A DNA stretch of 64,000 bases. It comes from Myxococcota bacterium (GTDB taxonomy: Bacteria > Myxococcota_A > UBA9160 > PR03). A model generated the notes under the pieces. That model had not been told where the DNA came from. It saw nothing but the letters and a program-made list of their open reading frames with translations, and searched no databases. Positions within the stretch are counted from its first letter, which is position 1; every line of letters begins with the position of its first letter. The DNA lies in contig JBFIML010000023.1 of the NCBI GenBank assembly GCA_041611735.1, forward strand, positions 1-64,000, read 5' to 3'. Positions 36,307-45,998 of this stretch are shown here, piece after piece. The position numbers were made by a program, and so were the translations under genes.

Positions 36307-37078
36307 CCCCTCGCCAGCGCCGCAGCGTCGCCTCGATCTCCCCGCGGGCGACCGCCAGGAGCGCCTCGTCCCCCAGCTTCCCGCGCTCGACCGGATCGCC
36401 GATGTGCACCCGGACGCGCACACCGAAGGGGACCGGGAGCAGGTTGTGGCGCAGCAGGCGCCACGACTCGTCGATGGCAACGGGCACCACCGGGAGGTCC
36501 GGTGCGGCGGCGAGCAGGGCCAGGGTCCCGCCGGCTTTGAAGGCACCCAGCTCTCCTCTCCGGGAGCGGGTTCCCTCGGGATAGATCACCACCGAGACCC
36601 TGCGCTCCTGGGCGCGCCGGCCGAGCGCCCGAATCTCCGCCAGGGCCTGCTGTCGATCGCCGCGGTCGATCAGCGCATTCCCGCCGCGCCGCAGGTTGTA
36701 CGAGATGCTCGGGATCCCACGCGCCAGCTCTCGCTTCGAGACGTACTTCGGGTAGTTGCTGAAGAGCAGCGACCCGAAGATCGGGATGTCGAACATGCTC
36801 TGGTGATTCGCGATCAGGATGTAGGGTGTGTGCGGCGCGACCGCCGGCGAGCGCTCCACCTCGAGATGCGTGCCGCACAGTCGGAAGGCCGCCAGCAGCG
36901 AGCGCTGGAGGGCTCCCACCGTGAACTCGTGGGGGCGAGGACCAAACAGGCGGGCCAGGCGCTGGATCGGGTCGAAGACCGCGAGGATCGAGCCGAAGGC
37001 GACCAGGAAGGGCAGCGTGCACGCCCAGTCGATCGCGCGGGGACGCTTCGCGTCGAGGCCGTGCTTCTCGCCTTGCAC
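36278..37078 (-). CDS. Lysophospholipid acyltransferase (PlsC family)
   Basis: ANHQSMFD, YPEGTRS, FKAG and VVPVAI; start uncertain. Confidence 0.88.
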   Translation of the reverse strand: MQGEKHGLDAKRPRAIDWACTLPFLVAFGSILAVFDPIQRLARLFGPRPHEFTVGALQRSLLAAFRLCGTHLEVERSPAVAPHTPYILIANHQSMFDIPIFGSLLFSNYPKYVSKRELARGIPSISYNLRRGGNALIDRGDRQQALAEIRALGRRAQERRVSVVIYPEGTRSRRGELGAFKAGGTLALLAAAPDLPVVPVAIDESWRLLRHNLLPVPFGVRVRVHIGDPVERGKLGDEALLAVARGEIEATLRRWRGVRSSRPAPA

Positions 37079-37083
37079 CGTGG

Positions 37084-39843
37084 TCAGCCCGTGTTGCGCA
37101 GCCCGGCGGCCACGCCGTTGATGGTCAGGTGGATGGTCGCCTCCAACCGCTCGCGCTCCTCCGCATCGAGGCAACGACCCGAAGCGTCACAGCCGCTCCG
37201 CTTGCGACGCAGCAGTTCGAGCTGAAGCAAGGAGAGGGTATCCACGTACGGGTTGCGCCGCTCGAGGGCGAGGCGCAGCTCCGGCTCCCGGCCCAGCAGA
37301 CGGCTCTCGCCGGTGGCGGCCCGGACCCCCGCCAGCGTGCGCGCGTGCTCCTCGCGGACGCGCTGCAACACCACTGCAGCGGCCGGCACGTCCCGGGCGA
37401 GCGTGGCGTAGGAGGCGCCGATTGCGAGATCCACCTTGGCCAGCACCTGTTGCAGATTGTCGATCATGCTACGGAAGAACGGCCAGTCCCGATACAGGAC
37501 GGGAAGCCGGGGGGGGCGTCCGGGCAGGTCCCCGACGGCGGCCAGCCCGCTGCCCGCCCCATACCAGCTGGAAAGCAGCAGTCGATTCTGGTTCCAGGCG
37601 AAGCTCCAGGGGATGGCGCGCAGGTCCTCGATGCGGAGGGTCGCGCTGCGCCGCGCCGGACGCGACCCGATGCGCAGCCCGGCGATCTCCTCGATGGGCG
37701 AGAAGGCCTGGAAGACGTCCAGGAAGCCTTCGGTCTCGTAGACGAGGTCCCGATAGGCCTGCCTCGATCGCTCCGCCACGCTGGCCATCGTCTCCAGCCA
37801 GGACGCCGGGACCTCGGACGCTCCGGTGTCGGACCGGCTCAAAGAGGCTTCCAGCGTGGCTCCCACCAGGCGTTCCAGGTTGAAGACCGCCGTCGGCACG
37901 GTCCCGTACTTGCTGGTGATCACCTCGCCCTGCTCCGTCAGCTTGATGCGGCCGCGCACCGTGCCCGGGGGCTGGGCCAGGATCGCCCGAAACGTCGGCC
38001 CCCCGCCCCGGCCGATGCTGCCACCGCGGCCGTGAAAGAACTCGAGATGCACGCCGCGGCGCTGCGCCTGGGCGGCGAGTTCGCGCTGGGCGCGCTGCAG
38101 GGCAAAGCAGGCTGCCAGGTAGCCCGACTCCTTGGCGGAGTCCGAGTAGCCGAGCATGATTTGCTGGCGCATGCCGCGCGCGCGCAGCTGTGCCTGGTAG
38201 GCGGGAGAGTCGTACAGGCGCTCCATGGATTCAGTGGCGCGGTCCAGGGAGTCCACCGACTCGAAGAGCGGAACCACGTCGACGCGGCTCTCGATCATCC
38301 CGTTACGGACGCACACGAGGCCCGCTCGTCGTGCCAGCACGAGCAGCTCGAGCACGGCGACCTGATTGCGCGTCTCGCTGATCACGAGGTCGCGCACGGC
38401 CTCCGGGTCGACCCAGTCGAGGGAATCCCGCACGCTGCGCAGCGTGGCGAGCACTTCCTTAGCCTCGGGCGGGAGCATGGGCTCGTCCGGCGGGGCCGAC
38501 TCCTTCTCCTCCAGCAACAGATGTTCGAGGAAGCGCTGTTGCTCCACCAGGGGAAGGGACTCGAGCGGACCATCGACCGGGCAGGCAAGCGCCGCCACGG
38601 CTGCGCGATGCCGGGCCTGGTTCTCGCGCACGTCCAGGGAGACGAGCCGGAACCCGAAGGTAGCCACCTGGTCCCGGAGCCGTGCCAGGCGCCCTTCGGC
38701 CAGGCGCCGCCCGCGGTTCGCACGCAGGCTCGCGTCGATCAGGTCGAGATCGACGAGAAGGGCCTGCGCCCCCGGATAGCCGCCGCGGGTGGCCGGGGGC
38801 TCGAAGGCGTCGGTCTCCTCCAGGGACAGCTCGAGGCGCAGGATCGCCGCGTTCAGCTTGCGACGGTAGATCTCGAGGGGCTCGTGGCGGGCGATGCGCT
38901 CCGCCAGACGCGGCAGCTCCGCCAGGTCGCGCTCCAGGCTCCCGATCAGATCGCGGGACCCGGGAACGATGCGCAGGGACGGAGTGAGCCGGTCGATGAG
39001 CTCCCCGAGTGCGCGGCGATGGGCCTCGAGGATGGCGCGCCGATACAGGCGCAGGGCGTCGCTCGTCACCCAGGCCGTGACGTGCGGGTTTCCGTCCCGG
39101 TCGCCGCCGATCCAGGAGCCGAGCGCCAGGGGGCGCAGGCCCAGCGGAGCCGGCTCGCCGTAGGCGGCCTGGAAGGCCGCGACCAGCCGCTCGTGGACGA
39201 TGGGCACCGCGTCGACGAGCACCGTCTCGAGCATGTGGATCGCGTGGCGCACCTCGTCGCTGGGGGTGGGGCTCCGGTAGCGCAGGGGATCGGTCTGCCA
39301 GAGTGCGGTGATCTCGCGGGCCAGATCCTCCGCCACGTCCTCGCCATCCTCGCGGCGGCTGACCTCGAGGAGCCCGTCGACGCGCTTCAGGATCTCGTGC
39401 ACGGTCCAGCGCGTCGCGTCGGTGGGGTGGGCCGTGAGCACGACCGTCGCACGCAGGTCCGCCAGGACCCGCGCGACCTCGGCGGCCGCAGTCCCCCGGC
39501 GCTTCAGGCGCCGCATCACCCAGAAGAGGTCGCCCGCCTCCCCGAGCCTTCGCGCCCGCGCCGCGTGACGCAGCTCGCACACGTTCACCAGCTGGAGGAA
39601 GCTGGTGAAGGCTCGCGCGATGGCGGCGATCTGGTCCAGGGAGAGACGGGCCACCTCTCTCTCGAGGTGGCGCCCAGCTTCCGCGTCCGCCCGGCGCCGG
39701 CGGGCGATGGCAAGGCCGCGCAGGTGCTCGACGAGGCGGTACAGGGCGTCGCCTTCCTGCTCGCGGAGCACCGCGCCGAGCAGCCGACCGACCAGGCGCA
39801 CCTCCCCGCGCAAGACCGCATCGAGCTGGCGGGCGGACGTCAT
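37084..39843 (-). CDS. ppc: Phosphoenolpyruvate carboxylase
   Basis: VLTAHPT, SWIGGDRDGNP, VPLFE, MLGYSDSAK, FHGRGGSIGRGG, TEQGE, LRAIPW and C-terminal LRNTG. Confidence 0.95.
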   Translation of the reverse strand: MTSARQLDAVLRGEVRLVGRLLGAVLREQEGDALYRLVEHLRGLAIARRRRADAEAGRHLEREVARLSLDQIAAIARAFTSFLQLVNVCELRHAARARRLGEAGDLFWVMRRLKRRGTAAAEVARVLADLRATVVLTAHPTDATRWTVHEILKRVDGLLEVSRREDGEDVAEDLAREITALWQTDPLRYRSPTPSDEVRHAIHMLETVLVDAVPIVHERLVAAFQAAYGEPAPLGLRPLALGSWIGGDRDGNPHVTAWVTSDALRLYRRAILEAHRRALGELIDRLTPSLRIVPGSRDLIGSLERDLAELPRLAERIARHEPLEIYRRKLNAAILRLELSLEETDAFEPPATRGGYPGAQALLVDLDLIDASLRANRGRRLAEGRLARLRDQVATFGFRLVSLDVRENQARHRAAVAALACPVDGPLESLPLVEQQRFLEHLLLEEKESAPPDEPMLPPEAKEVLATLRSVRDSLDWVDPEAVRDLVISETRNQVAVLELLVLARRAGLVCVRNGMIESRVDVVPLFESVDSLDRATESMERLYDSPAYQAQLRARGMRQQIMLGYSDSAKESGYLAACFALQRAQRELAAQAQRRGVHLEFFHGRGGSIGRGGGPTFRAILAQPPGTVRGRIKLTEQGEVITSKYGTVPTAVFNLERLVGATLEASLSRSDTGASEVPASWLETMASVAERSRQAYRDLVYETEGFLDVFQAFSPIEEIAGLRIGSRPARRSATLRIEDLRAIPWSFAWNQNRLLLSSWYGAGSGLAAVGDLPGRPPRLPVLYRDWPFFRSMIDNLQQVLAKVDLAIGASYATLARDVPAAAVVLQRVREEHARTLAGVRAATGESRLLGREPELRLALERRNPYVDTLSLLQLELLRRKRSGCDASGRCLDAEERERLEATIHLTINGVAAGLRNTG

Positions 39844-39899
39844 GGGCGCCGCGGATGATAGACTGCCACCGAGCCGCGAGCGAAGACCGGAGGATGCCC

Positions 39900-40577
39900 A
39901 TGGCCGATGCACCGAAGTCCTTCTTCCTCTCTTCCACACTGCAAACCTATCTGGTGGAGCACGGAAGCCCTCCGGACGCGGTGCAGCGCGAGCTGATCGA
40001 GGCGACCCAACGCCTGGGCGGGATCTCGATCATGCAGGTGTCTCCGGAGCAGGGAGCGTTCCTCACCGTGTTGGCCCGCCTGGTCGGCGCCCGGCGCGCC
40101 CTGGAGGTCGGGACCTTCACGGGCTACTCGGCACTCTGCCTCGCGCGCGGCCTGCCCGAGGACGGACGCCTGCTCACCCTCGACGTGAGCGAGGAGTGGA
40201 CGGCGTTGGCCCGACGGCACTGGGAGAAGGCCGGCGTGGCCCACAAGATCGAGCTGCGACTCGGCCCGGCCGCCGAGACCCTGCGGGCGCTGCCGGAGGA
40301 GCCGGTCTTCGACCTCGCCTTCCTGGACGCGGACAAGGAAGGCTACGCGGTCTACTACGAGGAGATCCTGAAGCGCCTGCGCCCGAACGGACTGCTGGTG
40401 GTGGACAACGTGCTCTGGATGGGACGGGTGGTGGACCCGGCAGCGGACGACCCGCACACGCGCCACATCCGGTCCTTCAACGACCGGGTGGCGGGTGACG
40501 CGCGCGTCGAGTGCGCCATGCTGGCCGTAGCGGACGGGGTGAGCCTGGTCCGCAAGCGGCGGCCCGAGGAGGTCTAG
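39900..40577 (+). CDS. O-methyltransferase (caffeoyl-CoA/catechol type)
   Basis: EVGTFTGYS, FLDADK and DNVLW motifs; ATG after GGAGG. Confidence 0.9.
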   Translation: MADAPKSFFLSSTLQTYLVEHGSPPDAVQRELIEATQRLGGISIMQVSPEQGAFLTVLARLVGARRALEVGTFTGYSALCLARGLPEDGRLLTLDVSEEWTALARRHWEKAGVAHKIELRLGPAAETLRALPEEPVFDLAFLDADKEGYAVYYEEILKRLRPNGLLVVDNVLWMGRVVDPAADDPHTRHIRSFNDRVAGDARVECAMLAVADGVSLVRKRRPEEV

Positions 40578-41641
40578 CCCAGCACGGCGTCCACGAGCCG
40601 CTCCACCAGCGCGCCGCCCAGCCAGGACCCGATGGGGATGGCGAGATAGAGGCCGAAGCGGGCGAGCGTCGGAGCGTCGAAGGGCCACTCGGGCACCGAC
40701 GCGACCAGGCCGCGATAGGCAGCGAGATCGGCCAGGGCCGGGGATGCTTCCGCTGCCGGCCGGCCCGCGACGAGCCGTTCGCGTGCGAGGCGGATCTCGC
40801 CGTCGCACCAGGCCAGCTCCGCCCGTTTGCGGGCGCGCAGATTCGCCCGCAGCCCGCGCACCGGCAGCAGGAGTCCGGCACCGGCCAGGGCCACGGCCAG
40901 CCCGTAGAGGACGAGCAGCACCCACGCGAGGCCCGGCGCCTGGCGCAGGTCGAGCAGCAGCAGCGCCGCCAGCCCGAGGAAGCCGGTGGCGAGCAGCGCG
41001 TTGCGCAGACCCTGGCGCGCGAAGGGCGCGAAGGGCCGGTGGTCCAGGAGGTCCACCTCCACCCGTTCGCGTCCGAGGCGCGAAAGGCGCAGGGACTCGA
41101 CCAGGGTGACGTAGACGAGGGACGAGAGCAGCCATCCGATGCCGGGAGTGACGAAGCGGTGCCAGGTCGCTTCGGGGTCCACGTAGGTGACGTCGTAGGC
41201 GTTCCAGCTCAGGTTGGTCACGACGGGTGCCAGAACCGCCAGCGCTACGCCGAGCCCACACGTGAGGTGCAACCCGCGCCCCTCGTAACGGCCCACCGCG
41301 GCCTGCAGCGCTTCGCGCTCGGAGGGCGAACACGTGAGCGTCCGCCCGAGTTCCTCCACGCTGTCCCGGAAGCCACGCAACGCATAGGCACGCGCCGTAG
41401 GCAGGTAGGCCAGCATCAGCAGCAGCACCATGGCGATGCGCACGTCGCCCCGCAGCCAATCCGGTGATGCGGAATCGAGGACGAGGGCGAGGCGTCCGAG
41501 GGCGAGCTCCGTGGCCAGGAAGGCGCCGACTCCGAGGACGGCCAGGCCCACGCCGACCCAGATTGGCGCCACGGGCGCGGCCTGGTAGACGCGTTGCAGC
41601 CAGAGCGTCGAAGAGCGCTCCGCGAGCTGCGGGCCGACCAT
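40574..41641 (-). CDS. Hypothetical multi-pass membrane protein
   Basis: About 7 hydrophobic segments; C-terminal EWPFD motif. Confidence 0.65.
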   Translation of the reverse strand: MVGPQLAERSSTLWLQRVYQAAPVAPIWVGVGLAVLGVGAFLATELALGRLALVLDSASPDWLRGDVRIAMVLLLMLAYLPTARAYALRGFRDSVEELGRTLTCSPSEREALQAAVGRYEGRGLHLTCGLGVALAVLAPVVTNLSWNAYDVTYVDPEATWHRFVTPGIGWLLSSLVYVTLVESLRLSRLGRERVEVDLLDHRPFAPFARQGLRNALLATGFLGLAALLLLDLRQAPGLAWVLLVLYGLAVALAGAGLLLPVRGLRANLRARKRAELAWCDGEIRLARERLVAGRPAAEASPALADLAAYRGLVASVPEWPFDAPTLARFGLYLAIPIGSWLGGALVERLVDAVLG

Positions 41642-41725
41642 GCGGGGAGCGTACCGGATCGCCCTGCACGGGCTCGCGCCGGCCCGGGCCGAGATGGGTC
41701 GGTGAGCGGGCCCTCAGCCTTCCCC

Positions 41726-42208
41726 TCACTCCTGGGAGCCGAAGACGAGCCCGCAGCCGCCACACTCGCTGGCACCCACGTCCAGCGGGGAGCCACAGGC
41801 CGGGCACGCGTCGCTCTCCACCCAGCGCGGACTGGCGTCCTCCGGCAGGTCCGGGATCTGCGCCCGCGCCACCTCCGCGTCCACGCGCGCGGCGCGCTCG
41901 GCATCCTCGGGCAGGACGAGCAGGGTGCAGCTTCCGGGACGGCCTCGCGAGCCCGCCTGGCCCAGCGCGACCCGGTGCGGAACTCCCTCCGCCTGGAGTG
42001 CCTCCGAGAGGATCCGGATCCACGCTGGATCGGCGCTGCGCAATGCCACCAGCTCCGCCGTGGGCGGGAGTGCGCGGCCGGGCTCCGTTGCGGCGGCGCG
42101 CGGCAGCTCGCCCTCCGCCACCAGTGCAACGCCGCAATCGACGCAGGTGGCAACCGTGTGCAGGTACTCCTCCCCACACTGCGGGCAGAGCTTCGGCGGC
42201 AGCTCCAT
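41726..42208 (-). CDS. Double zinc-ribbon protein with central DUF2007-like domain
   Basis: CPQC...CVDC at the N-terminus and CPAC...CGGC at the C-terminus; LSEALQAEGVP and LLVLPEDAERA in the middle. Confidence 0.7.
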   Translation of the reverse strand: MELPPKLCPQCGEEYLHTVATCVDCGVALVAEGELPRAAATEPGRALPPTAELVALRSADPAWIRILSEALQAEGVPHRVALGQAGSRGRPGSCTLLVLPEDAERAARVDAEVARAQIPDLPEDASPRWVESDACPACGSPLDVGASECGGCGLVFGSQE

Positions 42209-42232
42209 CGCGGTCGGTCCTCCGCCGGCAGC

Positions 42233-43177
42233 CTACCACGCGCGTCCGCAGACGCGACGCCACGCCTCCTCGAAGTCGGACGGGATGGGGCTCTCTCCGA
42301 CCACCTCGTCCAGGGCCAACCGGACGGCGTGCAGCATGTGGCGCGGCGCGGCGGCGGCGGCGGCGGACCCGCTACCGGCATACAGGGAGTCGCCGAGCAG
42401 CGGGTGACCCCGGTGGGCGAGGATCGCGCGGATCTGATGCAGGAACCCGGTACGGGGAACGACCTCGATCCGGCTGGCGTGCGGCCGCTCCTCGAGTACG
42501 CGCCAGCGGAGCTCCGCCCGCCGCGCGCCGCGCTCGCCGGCCGCGCCGACCCGCACCCGCGCCGGCCGGTGACGCGCCACGACGAGGTCCAGCTCCTCGC
42601 AACCCTCTCCCTCCAGTCGCCCGGCCACCAGGGCCTGGTAGACCTTCTGCACCCGGTGCTCCCGAAAGGCGCTGCGCAGACGCAGCCAGACGGCGGGGTC
42701 GGTGGCGAAGAGCACCGCCCCTGAGGTGTCCACGTCGAGGCGATGCACCACGCCGCTGCGCAGACCCCCCTCCCCCACGCCCGCCGCCTCCGGATGCCGG
42801 GCCAGGAGCGCGTTCAGGAGGGTGCCTGCTTCGCCTTCCCGCAGCGGGTGCACCGGGACCCCCGGCGGCTTGTGGAGGACGAGCCAGCCACGGCCTTCGG
42901 CGAGCACGCGCAGCGGAAGCTCCGCTTGGGGAAGCGGACGACGCGCCTCGGGCGGCACGAAGCGAGCCACCTCGAGACGGGCTCCGGCCACCACGGAGGT
43001 GCCCTTGTGGCGCAGACCCAGCGGGCGGCCCCCCGCTCCCACCACGCCCGCCCCGAGCAGCCGGCGCGCCTCTGCCCGCGACACGCCCAGGCGTCGGGCG
43101 AGGAAGGCATCGAGCCGGGCGCCCGCCTCGGCGACCGTCACCTCGAGCACGCGCTGGCCGCCCGGCACCGCCTGCAT
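42233..43177 (-). CDS. RluA-family pseudouridine synthase with S4 domain
   Basis: RLDAFLA, HKPPG, VHRLDVDTSG, TGFLHQIR, LLGDSLY and LHA. Confidence 0.9.
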   Translation of the reverse strand: MQAVPGGQRVLEVTVAEAGARLDAFLARRLGVSRAEARRLLGAGVVGAGGRPLGLRHKGTSVVAGARLEVARFVPPEARRPLPQAELPLRVLAEGRGWLVLHKPPGVPVHPLREGEAGTLLNALLARHPEAAGVGEGGLRSGVVHRLDVDTSGAVLFATDPAVWLRLRSAFREHRVQKVYQALVAGRLEGEGCEELDLVVARHRPARVRVGAAGERGARRAELRWRVLEERPHASRIEVVPRTGFLHQIRAILAHRGHPLLGDSLYAGSGSAAAAAAPRHMLHAVRLALDEVVGESPIPSDFEEAWRRVCGRAW

Positions 43178-43199
43178 GCGGCGAGTGTAGCCACGGCCG

Positions 43200-43227
43200 T
43201 TGACAGCCCCGAGCCTCCCGGTACCTT
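43200..43227 (+). promoter_or_regulatory. Putative sigma-70 promoter for the cimA leader
   Basis: TTGACA (43200-43205), 16 nt spacer, TACCTT (43222-43227). Confidence 0.55.
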
Positions 43228-43236
43228 GGCCGGTCG

Positions 43237-43323
43237 ATGTCGGCCCACCGCCCTGACCGGACCTGGACGCGCGACCGGATCGCTCCGATTCGCCGCCCGA
43301 GGGCGTGGCCTGCCGGCAGCTGA
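43237..43323 (+). CDS. Candidate 28-aa leader peptide (MSAHRPDRTWTRDRIAPIRRPRAWPAGS)
   Basis: Short ORF between the promoter and the terminator in the 5' leader of cimA; contains 2 Ile, 2 Thr and 2 Trp codons. Confidence 0.35.
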   Translation: MSAHRPDRTWTRDRIAPIRRPRAWPAGS

Positions 43324-43344
43324 CGCTCCACGCGTCGAACCCCG

Positions 43345-43379
43345 GGAGGCCGCGGACGATCCGCGGCCTTCGGTTTTTT
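43345..43379 (+). terminator. Intrinsic terminator (attenuator-like) upstream of cimA
   Basis: GGAGGCCGCGGA-CGA-TCCGCGGCCTTC stem followed by GGTTTTTT, about 40 nt before the cimA start codon. Confidence 0.75.
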
Positions 43380-43419
43380 CGGGACCCGGGAGAAGGACCG
43401 GACGGACTGGAGGGCGCCC

Positions 43420-44973
43420 ATGAGCGAACGAGGCGACGGGCGCATCGAGGTGATGGATACCACGCTGCGCGACGGCGAGCAGACGCCGGACGTAGCGTAC
43501 ATGCCGGCCGAGAAGCTCCAGATCGCCCGCATGCTGCTCAGCGAGGTGCGGGTGGACCGGATCGAGATCGCCTCGACCCGCGTGTCCGAGGGCGAGCGGC
43601 TGGCAGCCCGCCGGGTCGCCACCTGGGCGCGGCGCGAAAAGCTCCTTTCCCGCATCGAGATCCTCGGGTACTGCGACGGCAAGGTCTCGGTGGACTGGAT
43701 CGCCGGGGTGGGGGGGCGCCTCCTGAACCTCCTCGTCAAGGGGTCGGAGCGCCACTGCCGCGAGCAGCTCGGCCTCTCTCCCGAGCTGCACCGCAAGCGC
43801 GTGGCCGAGACGCTCGCCTACGCCCGCCAGAGGCGCCTGCACGTGAACGCCTACCTCGAAGACTGGTCGAACGGCGTCCGCGACGCCTTCGACTACGTCT
43901 TCGCCATGGTGCAGCTCCTGAGCGAGCTGCACGTCGAGCGCGTCTACCTGCCCGACACCCTCGGCGTGCTGGCTCCGGACGACGTCCACCGCTACGTGAG
44001 CCTGATGACCCGCACGTGGCCCGACGTCCACTTCGAGTTCCACGGCCACGACGACTACGGGCTCGCCACCGCCAACTGCCTGGCCGCCGTGCAGGCCGGC
44101 GCGCGCGGCATCCACACCAGCGTGAACGGCATGGGCGAGCGCACCGGCAACACGCGTCTGGCCGAGGTGGTGGCCGCCCTGCACGACCACACCCCCTGGC
44201 GCACCGGGGTGCAGGAGGCGCGGCTCGCCGCGATCTCACGCCTGGTCGAAACCTTCAGCGGCAAGTTCGTGGCCGCCAACGCGCCGATCGTGGGGCGCGA
44301 CGTGTTCACCCAGACGGCCGGCATCCACGCCGACGGCGACGCCAAGGGAAACCTCTACGCCAGCGACCTGGCGCCCCAGCGCTTCGGACGCGAGCGTCGC
44401 TACGCGCTCGGCAAGCTCTCGGGCAAGGCCTCCCTCGACCACAACCTGAGAGCCCTCGGCATCGAGCTCTCCGACGAGGCCCGGGGCCGCGTGCTCAAGC
44501 GGATCGTCGAGCTCGGGGACAAGAAGCACAGCGTGGTGCCCGAGGATCTGCCCTACATCATCGCCGACGTGCTGAAGCGGCCCACCGAGCGTCCGGTGCG
44601 GGTGGAGTCGTACCGCGTGGAGATCGGCTCGGACGAGCTGCCGCGGGCGGAGTTGGAGATCTCGATGCACGGCGAGCGGGTGCGCGCGCGTGCCCGCGGC
44701 GATGGCGGGTACGACGCCTTCATGCAGGCGCTCCGCAAGGCGGTGCGACGCTTCGGCCTGGCGCTGCCCCGCCTCGAGGACTTCCGCGTGCGCATCCCGC
44801 CCGGAGGGCGCACCGGCGCACTGGTGGAGACGGTGATCACCTGGCGCTCCGCCAGCGACGACGAGGGAACCTTCACGACGCTCGGTGTCGACTCGGACCA
44901 GCTCGCCGCAGCGATCATCGCCACCGAGAAGATGCTGAACGCGGTGGCGACCCGTCGGAGGCGGGACGATTGA
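43420..44973 (+). CDS. cimA: Citramalate synthase (Leptospira/Bacteroidota CimA-like), LeuA family
   Basis: DTTLRDGEQT, VDRIEIAS, YLEDWSNG, HGHDDYG, GERTGN, GIHADGD and YALGKLSGKAS; C-terminal allosteric domain. Confidence 0.75.
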   Translation: MSERGDGRIEVMDTTLRDGEQTPDVAYMPAEKLQIARMLLSEVRVDRIEIASTRVSEGERLAARRVATWARREKLLSRIEILGYCDGKVSVDWIAGVGGRLLNLLVKGSERHCREQLGLSPELHRKRVAETLAYARQRRLHVNAYLEDWSNGVRDAFDYVFAMVQLLSELHVERVYLPDTLGVLAPDDVHRYVSLMTRTWPDVHFEFHGHDDYGLATANCLAAVQAGARGIHTSVNGMGERTGNTRLAEVVAALHDHTPWRTGVQEARLAAISRLVETFSGKFVAANAPIVGRDVFTQTAGIHADGDAKGNLYASDLAPQRFGRERRYALGKLSGKASLDHNLRALGIELSDEARGRVLKRIVELGDKKHSVVPEDLPYIIADVLKRPTERPVRVESYRVEIGSDELPRAELEISMHGERVRARARGDGGYDAFMQALRKAVRRFGLALPRLEDFRVRIPPGGRTGALVETVITWRSASDDEGTFTTLGVDSDQLAAAIIATEKMLNAVATRRRRDD

Positions 44974-45038
44974 CGATCGGCACGGCGTGGATCCATACTG
45001 GGGCCTGCCGCCGTCCCGAGGGAAGCTCTCCGGCCGCC

Positions 45039-45998
45039 ATGTTGCGTCCCGTCTCCGCCTTGATCGCCGCGCTCGCCCTGGCCGCCTGTGCGGGAACTCG
45101 GGATCCGGATCCGCGCTTTCGTCCCACCCGGAGCGTCCTCGAGGTGGTGACGGTGCTGCGCCGCCACGTGCCCGACGACACCTACCGCTTCGAGCCCGCC
45201 CGCGACTTCACGGACCGCAACGTCTACCGGGCCAGCCTGATGCGGCTCGAGAGCCTGGAGCGGGTCCACGCCGATGCGCTGCGCGCCGGCCACCTGGATG
45301 GGGTGATCGCCTTCGCCAAGGGCCGGGCCCTCGAGCGGCTGCGCGCCTTCGACCTGGCCGCCGCGAGCTACCGCCGCGCCGCGCAGCAGGAGGAGACGCT
45401 GCGGGACGAGGGGTTGCGCTCCGCCGCCCTGTGCGACGCTCTCGACGAGGCGGCCCGCCTCGGATGGGAGCCCGAGCGTCCGACGGCCGAGGGCCCCGAA
45501 CCGGTCCCGGCGCCCGGGGACCCGACGGCGGCGCAGGCGGAATACGAGCGCCGCCTGGCCCTGCTGGAGACCCTGGGCCGGGAGGCGGCGGGCAGCCACT
45601 ACGCCGCGTTGGTCCAGGAGGAGATCGAGCGCGCCGACGTGGCGCGTGCCCGCTTCTTCCTGGCGCGGCGTCGGATCGATCCCGAGGGCGACGTGCGCGC
45701 CGTCGCCGAGCTCCAGCGTGTGGCCACGCGCCACCGGGAGAGCAAGGACCGCAACCGGCACCTGCTCGCGCTGGGGGACCTCTACGCCGCGCTGGCCACC
45801 GAGTACGTGGAGACCCGACCGACCGAGAGCTTGCGCTTCGACCCTCCCGCCTTCCAGGATCTGGTCGACTCCGCGGCGCGGCTCTACGAGGTCGTGGCCA
45901 ACCAGGACGGAACGCCGGAGAAGCTCGAGGCGTCACGGCGCCTCGAGGCCTTCCTGGCCTTCACGCTGCGCGTGGACCGTGACCGCTTCAGCCCCTGA
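45039..45998 (+). CDS. Hypothetical helical lipoprotein
   Basis: Lipobox LAAC; all-helical, TPR-like composition. Confidence 0.7.
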   Translation: MLRPVSALIAALALAACAGTRDPDPRFRPTRSVLEVVTVLRRHVPDDTYRFEPARDFTDRNVYRASLMRLESLERVHADALRAGHLDGVIAFAKGRALERLRAFDLAAASYRRAAQQEETLRDEGLRSAALCDALDEAARLGWEPERPTAEGPEPVPAPGDPTAAQAEYERRLALLETLGREAAGSHYAALVQEEIERADVARARFFLARRRIDPEGDVRAVAELQRVATRHRESKDRNRHLLALGDLYAALATEYVETRPTESLRFDPPAFQDLVDSAARLYEVVANQDGTPEKLEASRRLEAFLAFTLRVDRDRFSP

